In this document: in pieces, positions 35,550-44,808 of the stretch | How positions within the stretch are numbered: the first letter of the stretch is position 1 | Layout of the letters: each line of letters opens with the position of its first letter | Virus record (IMG/VR): IMGVR_UViG_3300045119_000323 | Source of the DNA: an uncultured virus (IMG/VR IMGVR_UViG_3300045119_000323) | Lineage: Duplodnaviria; Heunggongvirae; Uroviricota; Caudoviricetes | Direction: 5' to 3' (one strand) | Length of the DNA: 64,000 bases | Notes under the pieces: model-generated | The model's database searches: none | What the model saw: the letters and a program-made list of their open reading frames with translations, nothing else | What the model was told of the DNA's origin: nothing | Translations under genes and position numbers: made by a program

Positions 35550-35993
35550 CTAGGCGGCGACCACGATGTTCGAATCGACCGAGGTCGAGCCGCCGGCATT
35601 GGTCGCCGTCAGATGGCAGGCGAAGGCCCGGCCCACATCACTGACCGCGAGCGGATACGGCGTGCCGGTGCCGACAACAGCACCGTCAGCCCACCATTCG
35701 TAGGCGTAGCTGGTCGGCTCGCCGATCCAGTTGCCCATGGTGCAGGTGAGCGTGCTGCCTTCCTGCGCGGCGTAGGGTGCGTCGACCACGGTCGGCGCGG
35801 CCGGCGGAACCGGCGGCGGGACATCGGGTGCCACGTCATGCACGGGCGGCTGCTCGGCGGGCTGCGTGCCGACCGGCACCGCGACGTCGTGGTCGGCCAC
35901 CGTCATCGGCGTCACCGCGACCTGCGGCGTCGGAGTCGTTTCGATGCTGGCCGGCTCCGGCGTCGTCGTTGCATAGGTGTTTGGATCGCTCAT
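35550..35993 (-). CDS. Ig-like domain protein, 147 aa
   Basis: GSTLTC..G.W...P.SY.Y.W...DVG...C..TATN..G. Confidence 0.75.
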   Translation of the reverse strand: MSDPNTYATTTPEPASIETTPTPQVAVTPMTVADHDVAVPVGTQPAEQPPVHDVAPDVPPPVPPAAPTVVDAPYAAQEGSTLTCTMGNWIGEPTSYAYEWWADGAVVGTGTPYPLAVSDVGRAFACHLTATNAGGSTSVDSNIVVAA

Positions 35994-36784
35994 GTGCCGT
36001 CTCCCGTGGTCCCGCTGCTGTCGGTGGCCGGGTCGGAGGGCGGGCTTGCTCCATCCCCGGCGTTGAAGGCGTCGTTGAGAACCTGCGCTGCAGTTCTCTC
36101 ATGCAGCTCGCGCAGCTCGCGCAGCACGGGATGGACCGGATCGACGGGCGGCGGCGGCACGTTCGAGAGCATCGCCGCGTCGATCAGCGCCGCCATGGCG
36201 CGGTTGGCATCACGCTGGGTGTCTTCCATCGTGCCGTAGATGCCGCGCCAGTCGGTCAAGTCGAAGCTATATCGGCGATGAACGCGCAGCGGCCCGGTCG
36301 TGAAGTTGGAATTGATATCGTTGTCCGCCGTGCGGGGGCGCAGCAATGAATGTTGTCTCGCGCTATGCCACAACTCTTCTGCCGGGCCGACATAGTATCG
36401 CGTACCCATGCCATCGATCTTGTCGGTGTTGACCAGCGCCAGCATGCGCTCGGTCAACACCTCGTCGTCGCTCAGGGCAAACCAGCCGCGTGCCCGCGCC
36501 AATATCAGGACGCTATCATCGACAAACAACCGGCGCTCCTCGAAGAACGCACGCTCATGCATGCACTCGACCCTCGGCATGGTGTCGAGCCAATCATCGA
36601 ACTCAACACGCAGGTCGGTCTCCTCCATGACCTTGCGCGTAGGCCACGGCAGAGGACTGTCCTCGATCTCGTAACGGGTGAACCGCCGCACGCCGACCCA
36701 TTCAAACGCCGCGAGCTGCCACACGCCGTTCGACATGGTCGGCTCGGTCACGCGAATGAAGGTGCTGCGATGGGGCACAGTCAA
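35990..36784 (-). CDS. Protein containing shuffled major-capsid-like segments, 264 aa
   Basis: VGP...ADNDIN, RYSFDLTDWRGIYGT and AAQVLNDAF align to separate parts of the capsid protein. Confidence 0.65.
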   Translation of the reverse strand: MTVPHRSTFIRVTEPTMSNGVWQLAAFEWVGVRRFTRYEIEDSPLPWPTRKVMEETDLRVEFDDWLDTMPRVECMHERAFFEERRLFVDDSVLILARARGWFALSDDEVLTERMLALVNTDKIDGMGTRYYVGPAEELWHSARQHSLLRPRTADNDINSNFTTGPLRVHRRYSFDLTDWRGIYGTMEDTQRDANRAMAALIDAAMLSNVPPPPVDPVHPVLRELRELHERTAAQVLNDAFNAGDGASPPSDPATDSSGTTGDGT

Positions 36785-37029
36785 TTCCTGTCAGGCTTGG
36801 CACTGTTATCGGTGAAGCGCGTGTTGGGACCGACGAACCCCATGAAGCGCTTCTTGAGTCGTTCAAGCGTCGACTCGTAGTGTATCACGATCTCGCCGGC
36901 AAACCCCAGATCGTCAGCATAGACATGGATGGGATGGCCCTTCTTGAGCTGCCGCACGTTGTCCTCGTCGATGCCCAGCACGATCAGGCTGCGCCCGGTC
37001 TGGTCGTTGCGGCCGGCCATCTTGATCAT
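36781..37029 (-). CDS. Hypothetical protein, 82 aa
   Basis: LG...ENV..LK.G.PI motif; coupled to the next gene. Confidence 0.7.
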   Translation of the reverse strand: MIKMAGRNDQTGRSLIVLGIDEDNVRQLKKGHPIHVYADDLGFAGEIVIHYESTLERLKKRFMGFVGPNTRFTDNSAKPDRN

Positions 37030-37109
37030 TTTCTATCCCTTCAGTACCAGCACGACGAGGATCAGCGCTGCGATGGCCAGCGCCGCCCACGCCATGGTGT
37101 TGGTCCACA

Positions 37110-37292
37110 TCATTCAACGTCACGCAATTTGTCATCTTCCACGACGGCATCGCGCATGCCGGCCAGCAGCTCGGCCAATGTCTTGGCGAACTCAACGTTC
37201 TCTTCCATCAGCTCGAACAGCACGTTGACACGGCGCTCAAGCTCCGCGATGCGCTTCTCCTGCAGTCGCGCCGGATGGTTCTCGACGTTCAT
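37110..37292 (-). CDS. Small coiled-coil protein, 60 aa
   Basis: ATGA-coupled to the methyltransferase gene. Confidence 0.6.
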   Translation of the reverse strand: MNVENHPARLQEKRIAELERRVNVLFELMEENVEFAKTLAELLAGMRDAVVEDDKLRDVE

Positions 37293-37852
37293 CTTGCCCT
37301 CATGATCTTCGTGTGATCCATCGCTCGCGGCCGGAACACGAACCAGCAGAAATCGACTGCGCCGTTGTGGCCTTTGTCGGGAACGTCAGGCGGCAGCATC
37401 TTGAGCCGTCCGCAGATGATGATCCGCTCCAAGAACGGCAGCAAGTCGGCGCGCTTCTTGGCGGCGATCCATGTCATGCGCAGCAGCACGCAGACCTTGC
37501 CGTGGCTCGGCACGACGTGCAGGGCGTGCCGCACATGCTCGTCGGCCGCGCTGAACGGCGGGTTCATGACGATGTTGGCTGTCCGGGGAGGCTGCACCAC
37601 GACACTCAAGAAGTCCGCCTCAAAGGGCATCACACTGTGCAGCTCGGGAAACTGCATGCCGAGGCCGAGATACTTGTCGCTGGCCGCGATGCTGCGCTTG
37701 TCGATGCCGGCGTCGAGCAGCTCCCTGACGATGGCCCCGCGCCCGCAGCTCGGCTCCCAGATGCCGCCGTACAGTCGCAGGTTAGACAGCAGCATGTGAA
37801 CCGCCTCGGGCGCGGTCTCGTAACTGTCGTTGGGATCGCGCGCGTCCTCCAT
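37289..37852 (-). CDS. DNA amino-methyltransferase (probably N6-adenine); start uncertain
   Basis: D.Y.T, WEPSCGRG SAM-binding motif and IVMNPPF catalytic motif. Confidence 0.85.
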   Translation of the reverse strand: MEDARDPNDSYETAPEAVHMLLSNLRLYGGIWEPSCGRGAIVRELLDAGIDKRSIAASDKYLGLGMQFPELHSVMPFEADFLSVVVQPPRTANIVMNPPFSAADEHVRHALHVVPSHGKVCVLLRMTWIAAKKRADLLPFLERIIICGRLKMLPPDVPDKGHNGAVDFCWFVFRPRAMDHTKIMRAR

Positions 37853-37886
37853 CAGGCCGTACTGGCCAACCGCGCGGCGGGCGCGC

Positions 37887-38564
37887 TTACGGGCCGTGGC
37901 CGTTCGGCCGGCGCGGATCGTGCGGGTCGGTGAGGTCGCGCTCTTCCGGCGTATCGTTGCTTTGGACGAGCGACTCGCCGCGCCCTTGGTTGTCTTCCGC
38001 TTCACGACGCGCCGCCTCCATGATCTCTGCCCGGCGCACAGTATCGCTATCCTGTCGATGCGTGTCATGTGGAGATTGCGCCACCGGCTCGATGTCGGTG
38101 ATGTTGCGCGCGTTAGATGCTGGATCGTTGAGTCGTCCATCGACGAAGCCGCGCACGACAGCCTCAATCGTCGCCTGCACGTCGGTCCGACGACGGGCCT
38201 CCTCGGGATCGATGTCGTCCTTGCGCAGCCCCGCCTTGCCCTCGATGCGATCCGCGACCAGCGACCACGCCTGCATGTCGCCGCGTATGCCCTTGCGCAC
38301 CGCAGCCTCGGCCCACGCGATGACCGCCGGGATCGAGGTCAGCTCGGGATGTTTGGTAGTCGGATCAGGAGTCGTCGTGAGCAACGACTCGCGGCTCATC
38401 AGCTCCTCGGCCGGCCGCATCAGCGCCAGCCACAGGGCGACCTTGACCGGGTGCCGCATGCTCGCCAGCGCGCGCCAGTCTCGATCCGCTAGGCGAACGC
38501 CGGGCACGCTGTCGAGCAGGCCGAGATTGGTTACCGGAGGGTTACTGGGGGGCTCGTCGGGCAT
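37887..38564 (-). CDS. Putative terminase small subunit, 225 aa
   Basis: First gene of the late arm; A..GD..A...VADRIEGK helix pattern. Confidence 0.55.
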   Translation of the reverse strand: MPDEPPSNPPVTNLGLLDSVPGVRLADRDWRALASMRHPVKVALWLALMRPAEELMSRESLLTTTPDPTTKHPELTSIPAVIAWAEAAVRKGIRGDMQAWSLVADRIEGKAGLRKDDIDPEEARRRTDVQATIEAVVRGFVDGRLNDPASNARNITDIEPVAQSPHDTHRQDSDTVRRAEIMEAARREAEDNQGRGESLVQSNDTPEERDLTDPHDPRRPNGHGP

Positions 38565-38602
38565 GCCGGTAGCCTACGCGCAGCGCCTCGAACCACCAAA
38601 TT

Positions 38603-38815
38603 GTGGTGCGTGGTGCCCGTGGTGCCTCCCCACCCGCAAACTTTTGAATCACTGAATCACATGTGCGTATGTGCGTATACCGCGTGTCCATATCTCGCAC
38701 ATATACTAGAAGATAAGAGGCACCACAGGCACCACAATGCGATTTGTGACCGGCCCTGTTGAAACAAACGCGTGGTGCCCCCACGGCACTACAAAGCCGT
38801 TATGGTGCGCACCAC
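38603..38815. repeat. GTGGTGC/GCACCAC iteron cluster around an AT-rich core; candidate replication origin
   Basis: Copies at 38603, 38610, 38619, 38772 (GTGGTGC) and 38720, 38729, 38809 (GCACCAC); AT-rich 38640-38718. Confidence 0.7.
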
Positions 38816-38834
38816 AACGGCTTTGTTTCGCCTG

Positions 38835-40538
38835 TCAGAACGGAATATCATCACCCGGTGGAGGGTCATTAAGCTCGTTGTGGTGTCTCAACAGCTCCCG
38901 TGTGGTGCTGTCCTCGACGACCCAACACCACACCTTCCGAGACCCCTGCAGCAGGCGCACGCTCTCCTGCCGGCGCTTCCACCCCAGCCGGATCAGGATG
39001 GCGGCCACCTGCGCTTCGGCGCGGAAGGCCTCGGATGCCGTCAGTCCCAGCCACTGCATGCAGACCCGGTTGACCTGCACCACGTTGCCCCAGCGCAGCC
39101 CCGGCTCGGCAGCAGTGATGTCGGGCTTGATCAGGCCCGGTCCGGTCGCTGTGCCGTCGTACAGATCGCTCCTGAGCAGCATCTCGGAAATCAGCGGTTC
39201 ATGTACCGAGGTCGAGCGCTGATGCTCCACGGCCAGCCTGTGGGCATCCTGCGGCACCTCCCACCACGTTGCGCCGTTCTCGTACTCGCGCAGTGCCTCG
39301 GCGATCAGTTGCTCGCGATGGGTCCTGAGCCACTCAAGATCGATGACGCCGCAGATCACCGGGTCGGAGCGGCGCTCGCCCGATTCGTCGCGCAGCACGC
39401 CGACCGCCATCGGGTTGCTGGTGCCGGCGAAGATGAGCCGGCGGGGGAAGACCTGCATGCCGTGCCCATAGGGCGGACGGAACACGTCCTCGTCGCGTGA
39501 CAGCATGGCCTTGGTCTTGGTCAGCTCGCTCTTGTTCGAGACGATGGACGCCATCTCGGCGATCTCGCCCACCCAGCAGCCCTGTATCTGCAGGTAGAAA
39601 TCCTTGGTCGCGGTCGGTTCGCTGATCTCGCGGTGGAATGGTCCGCCGATGATCTTCATGGCGGTCGACTTGAAGGTGCCCTGCGCGCCCATGAAGATTG
39701 GCATGGCGTCGGCCTTGACGCCGGGGCGCTGCGAACGTGCGATCAGGCTGATCAGGAAATTGCGGCCGACGGCGGTCAGGTATTCCTGTGTCTGGCCAAT
39801 CGAGTCGTCGACGGCACAGCCAAACCCCAGCGTCAGCAAATCCTTGAGGCGTTCGGTGCCGTCCCACAGTGCCACGCCGCGCACATGCTCCAGCAGCACG
39901 TCGCGCTTGTCGAGGTAGGCGACGAACGACACCGCCTCGATGACCTTGCTGAAGGCGATGTGGCCCAGTGTGTCGACGTCCTTGATGATCATCCACGCCA
40001 TGATGTTGCGCATCGCCTCGTCGCCGACGTCGAACGCCGCCACCACGGTCTCGTCGAGGCCGCAGCCCCAGTCGGTCCTGATCTTGTTGAGGAACGTGTC
40101 GTACCAGATGCGGCCCCGGCGGTGCCTGAGCAGCAGGCCTGCTGCGACGAGGAACGGCGAGCCCGACTCCAGCATGCCGGCGATGTCGCCGATGCCGGTC
40201 AGCGGCTGCGTGGCGTTGCGGCGCTGGCGCGGCGGGTTCCAGATGCGCTTGACCGCGCTGCTGGTGGCCGAGAGGTAGCGCTTGAGCTGCGCCACAGTCG
40301 CCACCGCCGGGATGCGGTCGGGCCGCTCGGCGACGGGAATACCCTCGTAGATGTCCAGCGCCAGTACGCAGAAGGCGGCGAGACTGTTCACGTTGCCCAG
40401 TCGCGACGCCAGCACCGCGACCTTGGCCAGATTGGCGGCGTAGGTCGAGATGTTGGCGTCGTCGAGGAATTCCCGCGCCAGCACGCGCAGCTCTTGGTTC
40501 CGGATATCGTCCGGCCCCGGCCCCGCAGTCTCGGGCAT
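38835..40538 (-). CDS. VapE-like (virulence-associated E) P-loop helicase, 567 aa
   Basis: WDGTERL, PGVKAD, Walker A GAQGTFKST, EIAEM, FRPPYG, FAGTSN, LRDESGERR. Confidence 0.9.
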   Translation of the reverse strand: MPETAGPGPDDIRNQELRVLAREFLDDANISTYAANLAKVAVLASRLGNVNSLAAFCVLALDIYEGIPVAERPDRIPAVATVAQLKRYLSATSSAVKRIWNPPRQRRNATQPLTGIGDIAGMLESGSPFLVAAGLLLRHRRGRIWYDTFLNKIRTDWGCGLDETVVAAFDVGDEAMRNIMAWMIIKDVDTLGHIAFSKVIEAVSFVAYLDKRDVLLEHVRGVALWDGTERLKDLLTLGFGCAVDDSIGQTQEYLTAVGRNFLISLIARSQRPGVKADAMPIFMGAQGTFKSTAMKIIGGPFHREISEPTATKDFYLQIQGCWVGEIAEMASIVSNKSELTKTKAMLSRDEDVFRPPYGHGMQVFPRRLIFAGTSNPMAVGVLRDESGERRSDPVICGVIDLEWLRTHREQLIAEALREYENGATWWEVPQDAHRLAVEHQRSTSVHEPLISEMLLRSDLYDGTATGPGLIKPDITAAEPGLRWGNVVQVNRVCMQWLGLTASEAFRAEAQVAAILIRLGWKRRQESVRLLQGSRKVWCWVVEDSTTRELLRHHNELNDPPPGDDIPF

Positions 40539-40539
40539 G

Positions 40540-41043
40540 TCACGCCCGGCCCGGTGCGTGCATCATGCGGGCGGCGTGGTGATCCGACCTGTGGACGCCG
40601 GACTTGGTGAGGTCTCTGACCGTGCGATCCCTGAGCATGGCGACGGCATTGGTTATATTCGGACAGCACGTCCAGCACACCGCGATGAAGGCGTGCTGGA
40701 TTGGCGGCACATACTTGCGAGCTTGCGCAAAACGGCGCGGATCGGCCGCCGAATTGGGCACCGTGACTTTCTCCCACAGCGCCATGATGGGCGGCGCTAT
40801 CTTGGTGTCGAATTCCTTTTCACAGCAGTAGCACACCGGGCTCTTCAGTCCGCCGTCGGTGATTTGCTTGTGGAAGCGAGAAACCCACGGCAGGTAGGCA
40901 ACAATCGACACCGGGTCCATGATCAGCTCGATCTCGAACTTGAAGATATACGCGCCCTCTTCAGGAGCCGAGTCGTCGGGAAAGTTGACGATTTTGGGCG
41001 GCACGCCCTGTGCCTTGACCTTGCGTCGTTGCTCACGGTTCAT
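40540..41043 (-). CDS. Hypothetical protein with two Cys clusters, 167 aa
   Basis: GGAGGA RBS; MNREQRR start; CYCC and CWTCC. Confidence 0.7.
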   Translation of the reverse strand: MNREQRRKVKAQGVPPKIVNFPDDSAPEEGAYIFKFEIELIMDPVSIVAYLPWVSRFHKQITDGGLKSPVCYCCEKEFDTKIAPPIMALWEKVTVPNSAADPRRFAQARKYVPPIQHAFIAVCWTCCPNITNAVAMLRDRTVRDLTKSGVHRSDHHAARMMHAPGRA

Positions 41044-41061
41044 GCAGTCCTCCCTTGATGT

Positions 41062-42063
41062 TCAGCGCCTCATGTATTGCGGTCGGGCGCGCGGTCGCCT
41101 CGGCTGCTGTCGTTTCCAGCGCTCGCGCTGCAGCAGCCTGCGCCAGTGATCGAAGAGCCGGTAGTCGCGTTCTACATTTTCGATGTGCGTGATTGCCCAC
41201 TGGCGGAAGTAGCCGAATTCGCGGGCGCATTCCTCGGCGTTGGCGGTGTCGCCAATCTGCGCCAGCATCATGCCGGCCATCCGGGTCAATGCCTCGAACC
41301 GGTTCACGTCGGACCGGCCGTGGCCGATATGCATGCCGACCAGCTCGTCGAGCGAGACCTGCCGGCTCAGGCCCAGCCCGTTGCGCGGCAGGTCGCCGGG
41401 CCCCGGACCACCATTCAGCGTCGCCTGTCCAGAGGTTTGGGTTTCGAGATGTACGATTTGGTCGAGAACTTTCACCGACGACTCGGAGCCATAGGCGATC
41501 TCGACCAGAGTGGGCGCGGCCTTGCGGTGAATGCTGCCGGCGATCCGCACCGGCTGGTGGGCGCGGCCGATACCAAACGAGTCGTCGGTGCCGAGTGTAC
41601 GCGCCGCCAGTGACCGCAGCCGGCACACCCGCTCGGGGTTCGAGTCGTCGGTCCGCCAGTACAGGTGGGCCTTCTTCTGGCCCTCGACGATGCCGCCCGA
41701 CCACACCGCCAGCGACGGCGTGCCGAGCAGGTTCGTGGCGCGCATACATTTGTCGGCGATGTCGCCGGCATCGACGTCGATCAGCAGCACCGAAAGACCG
41801 ACCACGTCGGCTGCACCGGCCCCGCCCGGCCGGACAAATCCGGGGATGCAGTAGGCGGCCAGCCCGCGTTCGTTGCAGTCCTGCGTAAATTTGACGATGG
41901 TCCGGTTGCGGACAGACGAGCGCGCGTCGACCCACACAAGGTGCGGTGGGGTGTCACGGCGCGCCTCGGGCAGGCCACGCAGCGCAATCGCCGCGCCGGC
42001 CGGCGGGTCGCGGAACACCACGTCGCAGTAGGCGTTGACGTAGTCGGGATTGATCTCGGGCAC
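41062..42063 (-). CDS. RepB-like/AEP-type primase, about 333 aa
   Basis: LIDVD, PSL..WSGG, K.HLYW and R..GS.H.K motifs; GTG start after GGAGAG. Confidence 0.8.
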   Translation of the reverse strand: MPEINPDYVNAYCDVVFRDPPAGAAIALRGLPEARRDTPPHLVWVDARSSVRNRTIVKFTQDCNERGLAAYCIPGFVRPGGAGAADVVGLSVLLIDVDAGDIADKCMRATNLLGTPSLAVWSGGIVEGQKKAHLYWRTDDSNPERVCRLRSLAARTLGTDDSFGIGRAHQPVRIAGSIHRKAAPTLVEIAYGSESSVKVLDQIVHLETQTSGQATLNGGPGPGDLPRNGLGLSRQVSLDELVGMHIGHGRSDVNRFEALTRMAGMMLAQIGDTANAEECAREFGYFRQWAITHIENVERDYRLFDHWRRLLQRERWKRQQPRRPRARPQYMRR

Positions 42064-42185
42064 GCGCTCTCCCACCCGCAAACGGCGGTGTTGACAGACG
42101 GGGCGCGGTCGCTAGGATAGTTTTCGCGCCCCGTTATCTCAGCGGATTAAGGGTAGCGCTAATCCGACAGGATTGGCAAGGGAAG

Positions 42186-42219
42186 AGGCCCGCATGACCC
42201 CCGTCGGCGGGCCTTTTTT
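42186..42219 (+). terminator. Intrinsic terminator
   Basis: aggcccgc...gcgggcct stem followed by a T6 run. Confidence 0.75.
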
Positions 42220-42367
42220 CCGTCACCACTACATGTTGTGGTGGTCCGCACAGCGGCTCTTGACTAAGCTGTCGATATTAAACTAGCGTGGGTCAAGTGC
42301 TGGCGCATTTCGCTCGGCATCAATCCGTTCAGCCCGACCGGGGACTGGGCATAGCTGGAGAATATCT

Positions 42368-43399
42368 GTGAAAATTGCAGTCAGAGACCTGTTGCCGAAC
42401 CCGTATCGGCATCTGGAGCGCTACCCCATCGTCGAGGACAAGGTCGCCAACCTCGTCGCCTCGATCAATCAGACCACCTTCTGGGACAACCTGCTGGCCC
42501 GCAAAGCCCCCGGCAAGCCCGGCAAGTACGAGCTGGCCTACGGCGTCCACCGCCGTGAAGCCCTCAAGCGCGCCCGCATCACCGAGATCGACATCCCGGT
42601 CCGTGCGCTCGACGACGCCACGATGATCAGGATCATGGCCAACGAGAACATGGAGGAATGGGGCCATTCGGCGGCTATCGAACAGGAAACCATCCGCGCC
42701 GTGGTCGAGGGCTACGCCAACAGCAAATTCGAGTTGCCGATGGCCACGCGGAGAAATGGCCCGTACTACGATGCCGCCTCCGACCTGCCGTTCAAGCAGC
42801 ATGAACCGGACTCCCGCTCAAGCGAGAGTCCGATCCGGCCCTACAATGTCGAGGCACTGATCAGTTTCCTCGGCTGGAAGCGCTATAAAATCGAGGCCGC
42901 GATTGGCTCGCTCGGGCTGATCTCCGAGCGCCTGATCGACGAACGGTCGCTTGCCAGCCTGACCTCCCGGCAGTCGCAGGTCGTCACCGAGCAGGTCCGC
43001 CGCGTGGTCAGGGAAACCAGCCAGCCGACGCTGGCACGCGAGGTCGGCCGCCGCATCGCCGCCGGCATGCGGCGCTCGGTTTCCGGCCATGACCGCGCCG
43101 GTAACGAGCGCAACGTGCAGGACGTCACCATCCACAATGCGCGGGCCCGCGTCGATGAGATGATTGCACCCCATGTGCCGCGCCAGCAGCCGCAGCGCAC
43201 GCTGCCCGACGCCGCCCGCTTCATCGAGGCGCTGGTCCGCCAGATGCTCGACATGCCGAGCGACCAGCTCAAGACCAAGGTCGACAGCGTGATCGCCGCG
43301 CGCGGCGACATCCCGGCCCGCGAGGTTCGTCATCTGATCAGTGCCCTGAAGGGCGTCGCCAAGCGCTTCGAGCGCATGGCCGAGAAGCTGGAGGCCTGA
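42368..43399 (+). CDS. ParB/Srx N-terminal domain protein, 343 aa
   Basis: PNPYR...LVASI...YELAYGVHRREA...IPVR...ANEN. Confidence 0.8.
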   Translation: MKIAVRDLLPNPYRHLERYPIVEDKVANLVASINQTTFWDNLLARKAPGKPGKYELAYGVHRREALKRARITEIDIPVRALDDATMIRIMANENMEEWGHSAAIEQETIRAVVEGYANSKFELPMATRRNGPYYDAASDLPFKQHEPDSRSSESPIRPYNVEALISFLGWKRYKIEAAIGSLGLISERLIDERSLASLTSRQSQVVTEQVRRVVRETSQPTLAREVGRRIAAGMRRSVSGHDRAGNERNVQDVTIHNARARVDEMIAPHVPRQQPQRTLPDAARFIEALVRQMLDMPSDQLKTKVDSVIAARGDIPAREVRHLISALKGVAKRFERMAEKLEA

Positions 43400-43403
43400 A
43401 GTC

Positions 43404-44102
43404 ATGACCTATAGCCGCAATCCCCTGAGCAAGCGCGCCAAGCCCCTGAGTGTCGACGTCGCCGACGCCATCGAACGCATCGTGGCACAATCCGACGCCA
43501 CCCTGCCGGTACCGATCAGCCGCGACGAGATCGTCAATATGCTGATCTACATCGCCCAGACCGACGACGACGGCGTCCACATCGCCCCGACCGCCCCGGC
43601 CGCCGTGGCCATGGCGCGGGAGTTCAATAACATCCTGACCAACACCGTGACCTTTCAGGCCGGCTACAAGCGCTACGAGGAGCGCGCGGCGCGGCCCGTC
43701 GTGCCGGTCGTCGACTACTTCTTCCGGGTGCAGGGCGGCAGCAGCGATTCAGTCGAGGACATGTCGCAATTCGACATCACGCAGTCGCTGCCCAAGCGGC
43801 GTGGCCGCGTGCCGGTCGACAACAACGGCGTGAAAGAATGGCTGCGCGACGAGGAGACCAACGAAATCGTGACCATGGGTGAATTGTCCGGAATCGTGGT
43901 CTTCCCGGTCGGTTCCCGTTCGACCCTGCTGCGGGCGTGGCTGGCCCGCCGCGCCAACGTCTCGTTGGGATCGATGACCGGCACGGTCGCCTCCATCGAG
44001 CACGCCCGTCCCGATTCACGCGCGGTCGAGACGCTCAAGGGGGCCGGGGAGGCCATGCGCCCGGTCCTGACGCGGGCGCTGCCCAAGCCGAAGACGCCAT
44101 AA
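43404..44102 (+). CDS. Hypothetical protein co-transcribed with the ParB-like gene, 232 aa
   Basis: GGAGG RBS; 4-nt gap after the ParB-like gene. Confidence 0.75.
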   Translation: MTYSRNPLSKRAKPLSVDVADAIERIVAQSDATLPVPISRDEIVNMLIYIAQTDDDGVHIAPTAPAAVAMAREFNNILTNTVTFQAGYKRYEERAARPVVPVVDYFFRVQGGSSDSVEDMSQFDITQSLPKRRGRVPVDNNGVKEWLRDEETNEIVTMGELSGIVVFPVGSRSTLLRAWLARRANVSLGSMTGTVASIEHARPDSRAVETLKGAGEAMRPVLTRALPKPKTP

Positions 44103-44123
44103 TGCCGTTGATGTCTTGGTCCG

Positions 44124-44173
44124 AAAATAATCGTCAGGATGGTGTTGACAGGTGCTGTCAATGAGCGCATAGA
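44124..44173 (+). promoter_or_regulatory. Repeated early promoter/operator, copy 1
   Basis: AAATAATCGTCAGGAT-n4-TTGACAGgtgCTGTCAA...CATAGA with a 17-nt spacer. Confidence 0.8.
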
Positions 44174-44216
44174 TCGGTCCTCGGGCAACACCGCCCACCC
44201 ACAGAAGGATCGTTTC

Positions 44217-44714
44217 ATGCAAAACCTGTTCAACGCCATCGTCCTCGAAGTCGGCTTCTACAGCTCGCGTCGCGCCAACACCCCGGCCAACCGCAAGGCG
44301 TGGTTCTGCGGCGAAGTCGCCGAGCTGCGTCTGAACAGCAATTTCAACACCGAGGCCGAGTACCGCCTGATCACCGCCGCCTTCGTGATCGACGCAGTCC
44401 GCATCAAGGTCGACGCCAAGCTGCGCGCCGGCAACGCCGGCCCCGGCTTCATCCTGCATTACCGCAGCGGCGGCACGCCCTATCACTGCAAGACCAGCTA
44501 CGTCGCCAAGGGCCCGGCCCAGCGCGCCGCCGACAAGCTCAACGCCCGCGACCCGCGCTCGCCCAACCCCTACGTCGTGTCGAGCGTCTACGAGTACGTC
44601 GCCAAGACGCGCGGCAAGCTGGTCCAGAACCTGATGAGCCGGACGTGGGTCATGGAGACCACCGGCACCAACTACTCGATGAGCGTCGCCTCGGAGAGCT
44701 ACTGGTCGAACTAG
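44217..44714 (+). CDS. Early hypothetical protein, 165 aa
   Basis: AAGGA RBS; strong codon bias; follows the promoter. Confidence 0.8.
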   Translation: MQNLFNAIVLEVGFYSSRRANTPANRKAWFCGEVAELRLNSNFNTEAEYRLITAAFVIDAVRIKVDAKLRAGNAGPGFILHYRSGGTPYHCKTSYVAKGPAQRAADKLNARDPRSPNPYVVSSVYEYVAKTRGKLVQNLMSRTWVMETTGTNYSMSVASESYWSN

Positions 44715-44808
44715 GCCGCCAGCGCCCCATACAGCCCCGCCACGGCATGAGCCCCGTGTGCGGGGCATTGGCGGTGCAGGGCCCAACCCCCCGCCACAGG
44801 AGCCTCTA

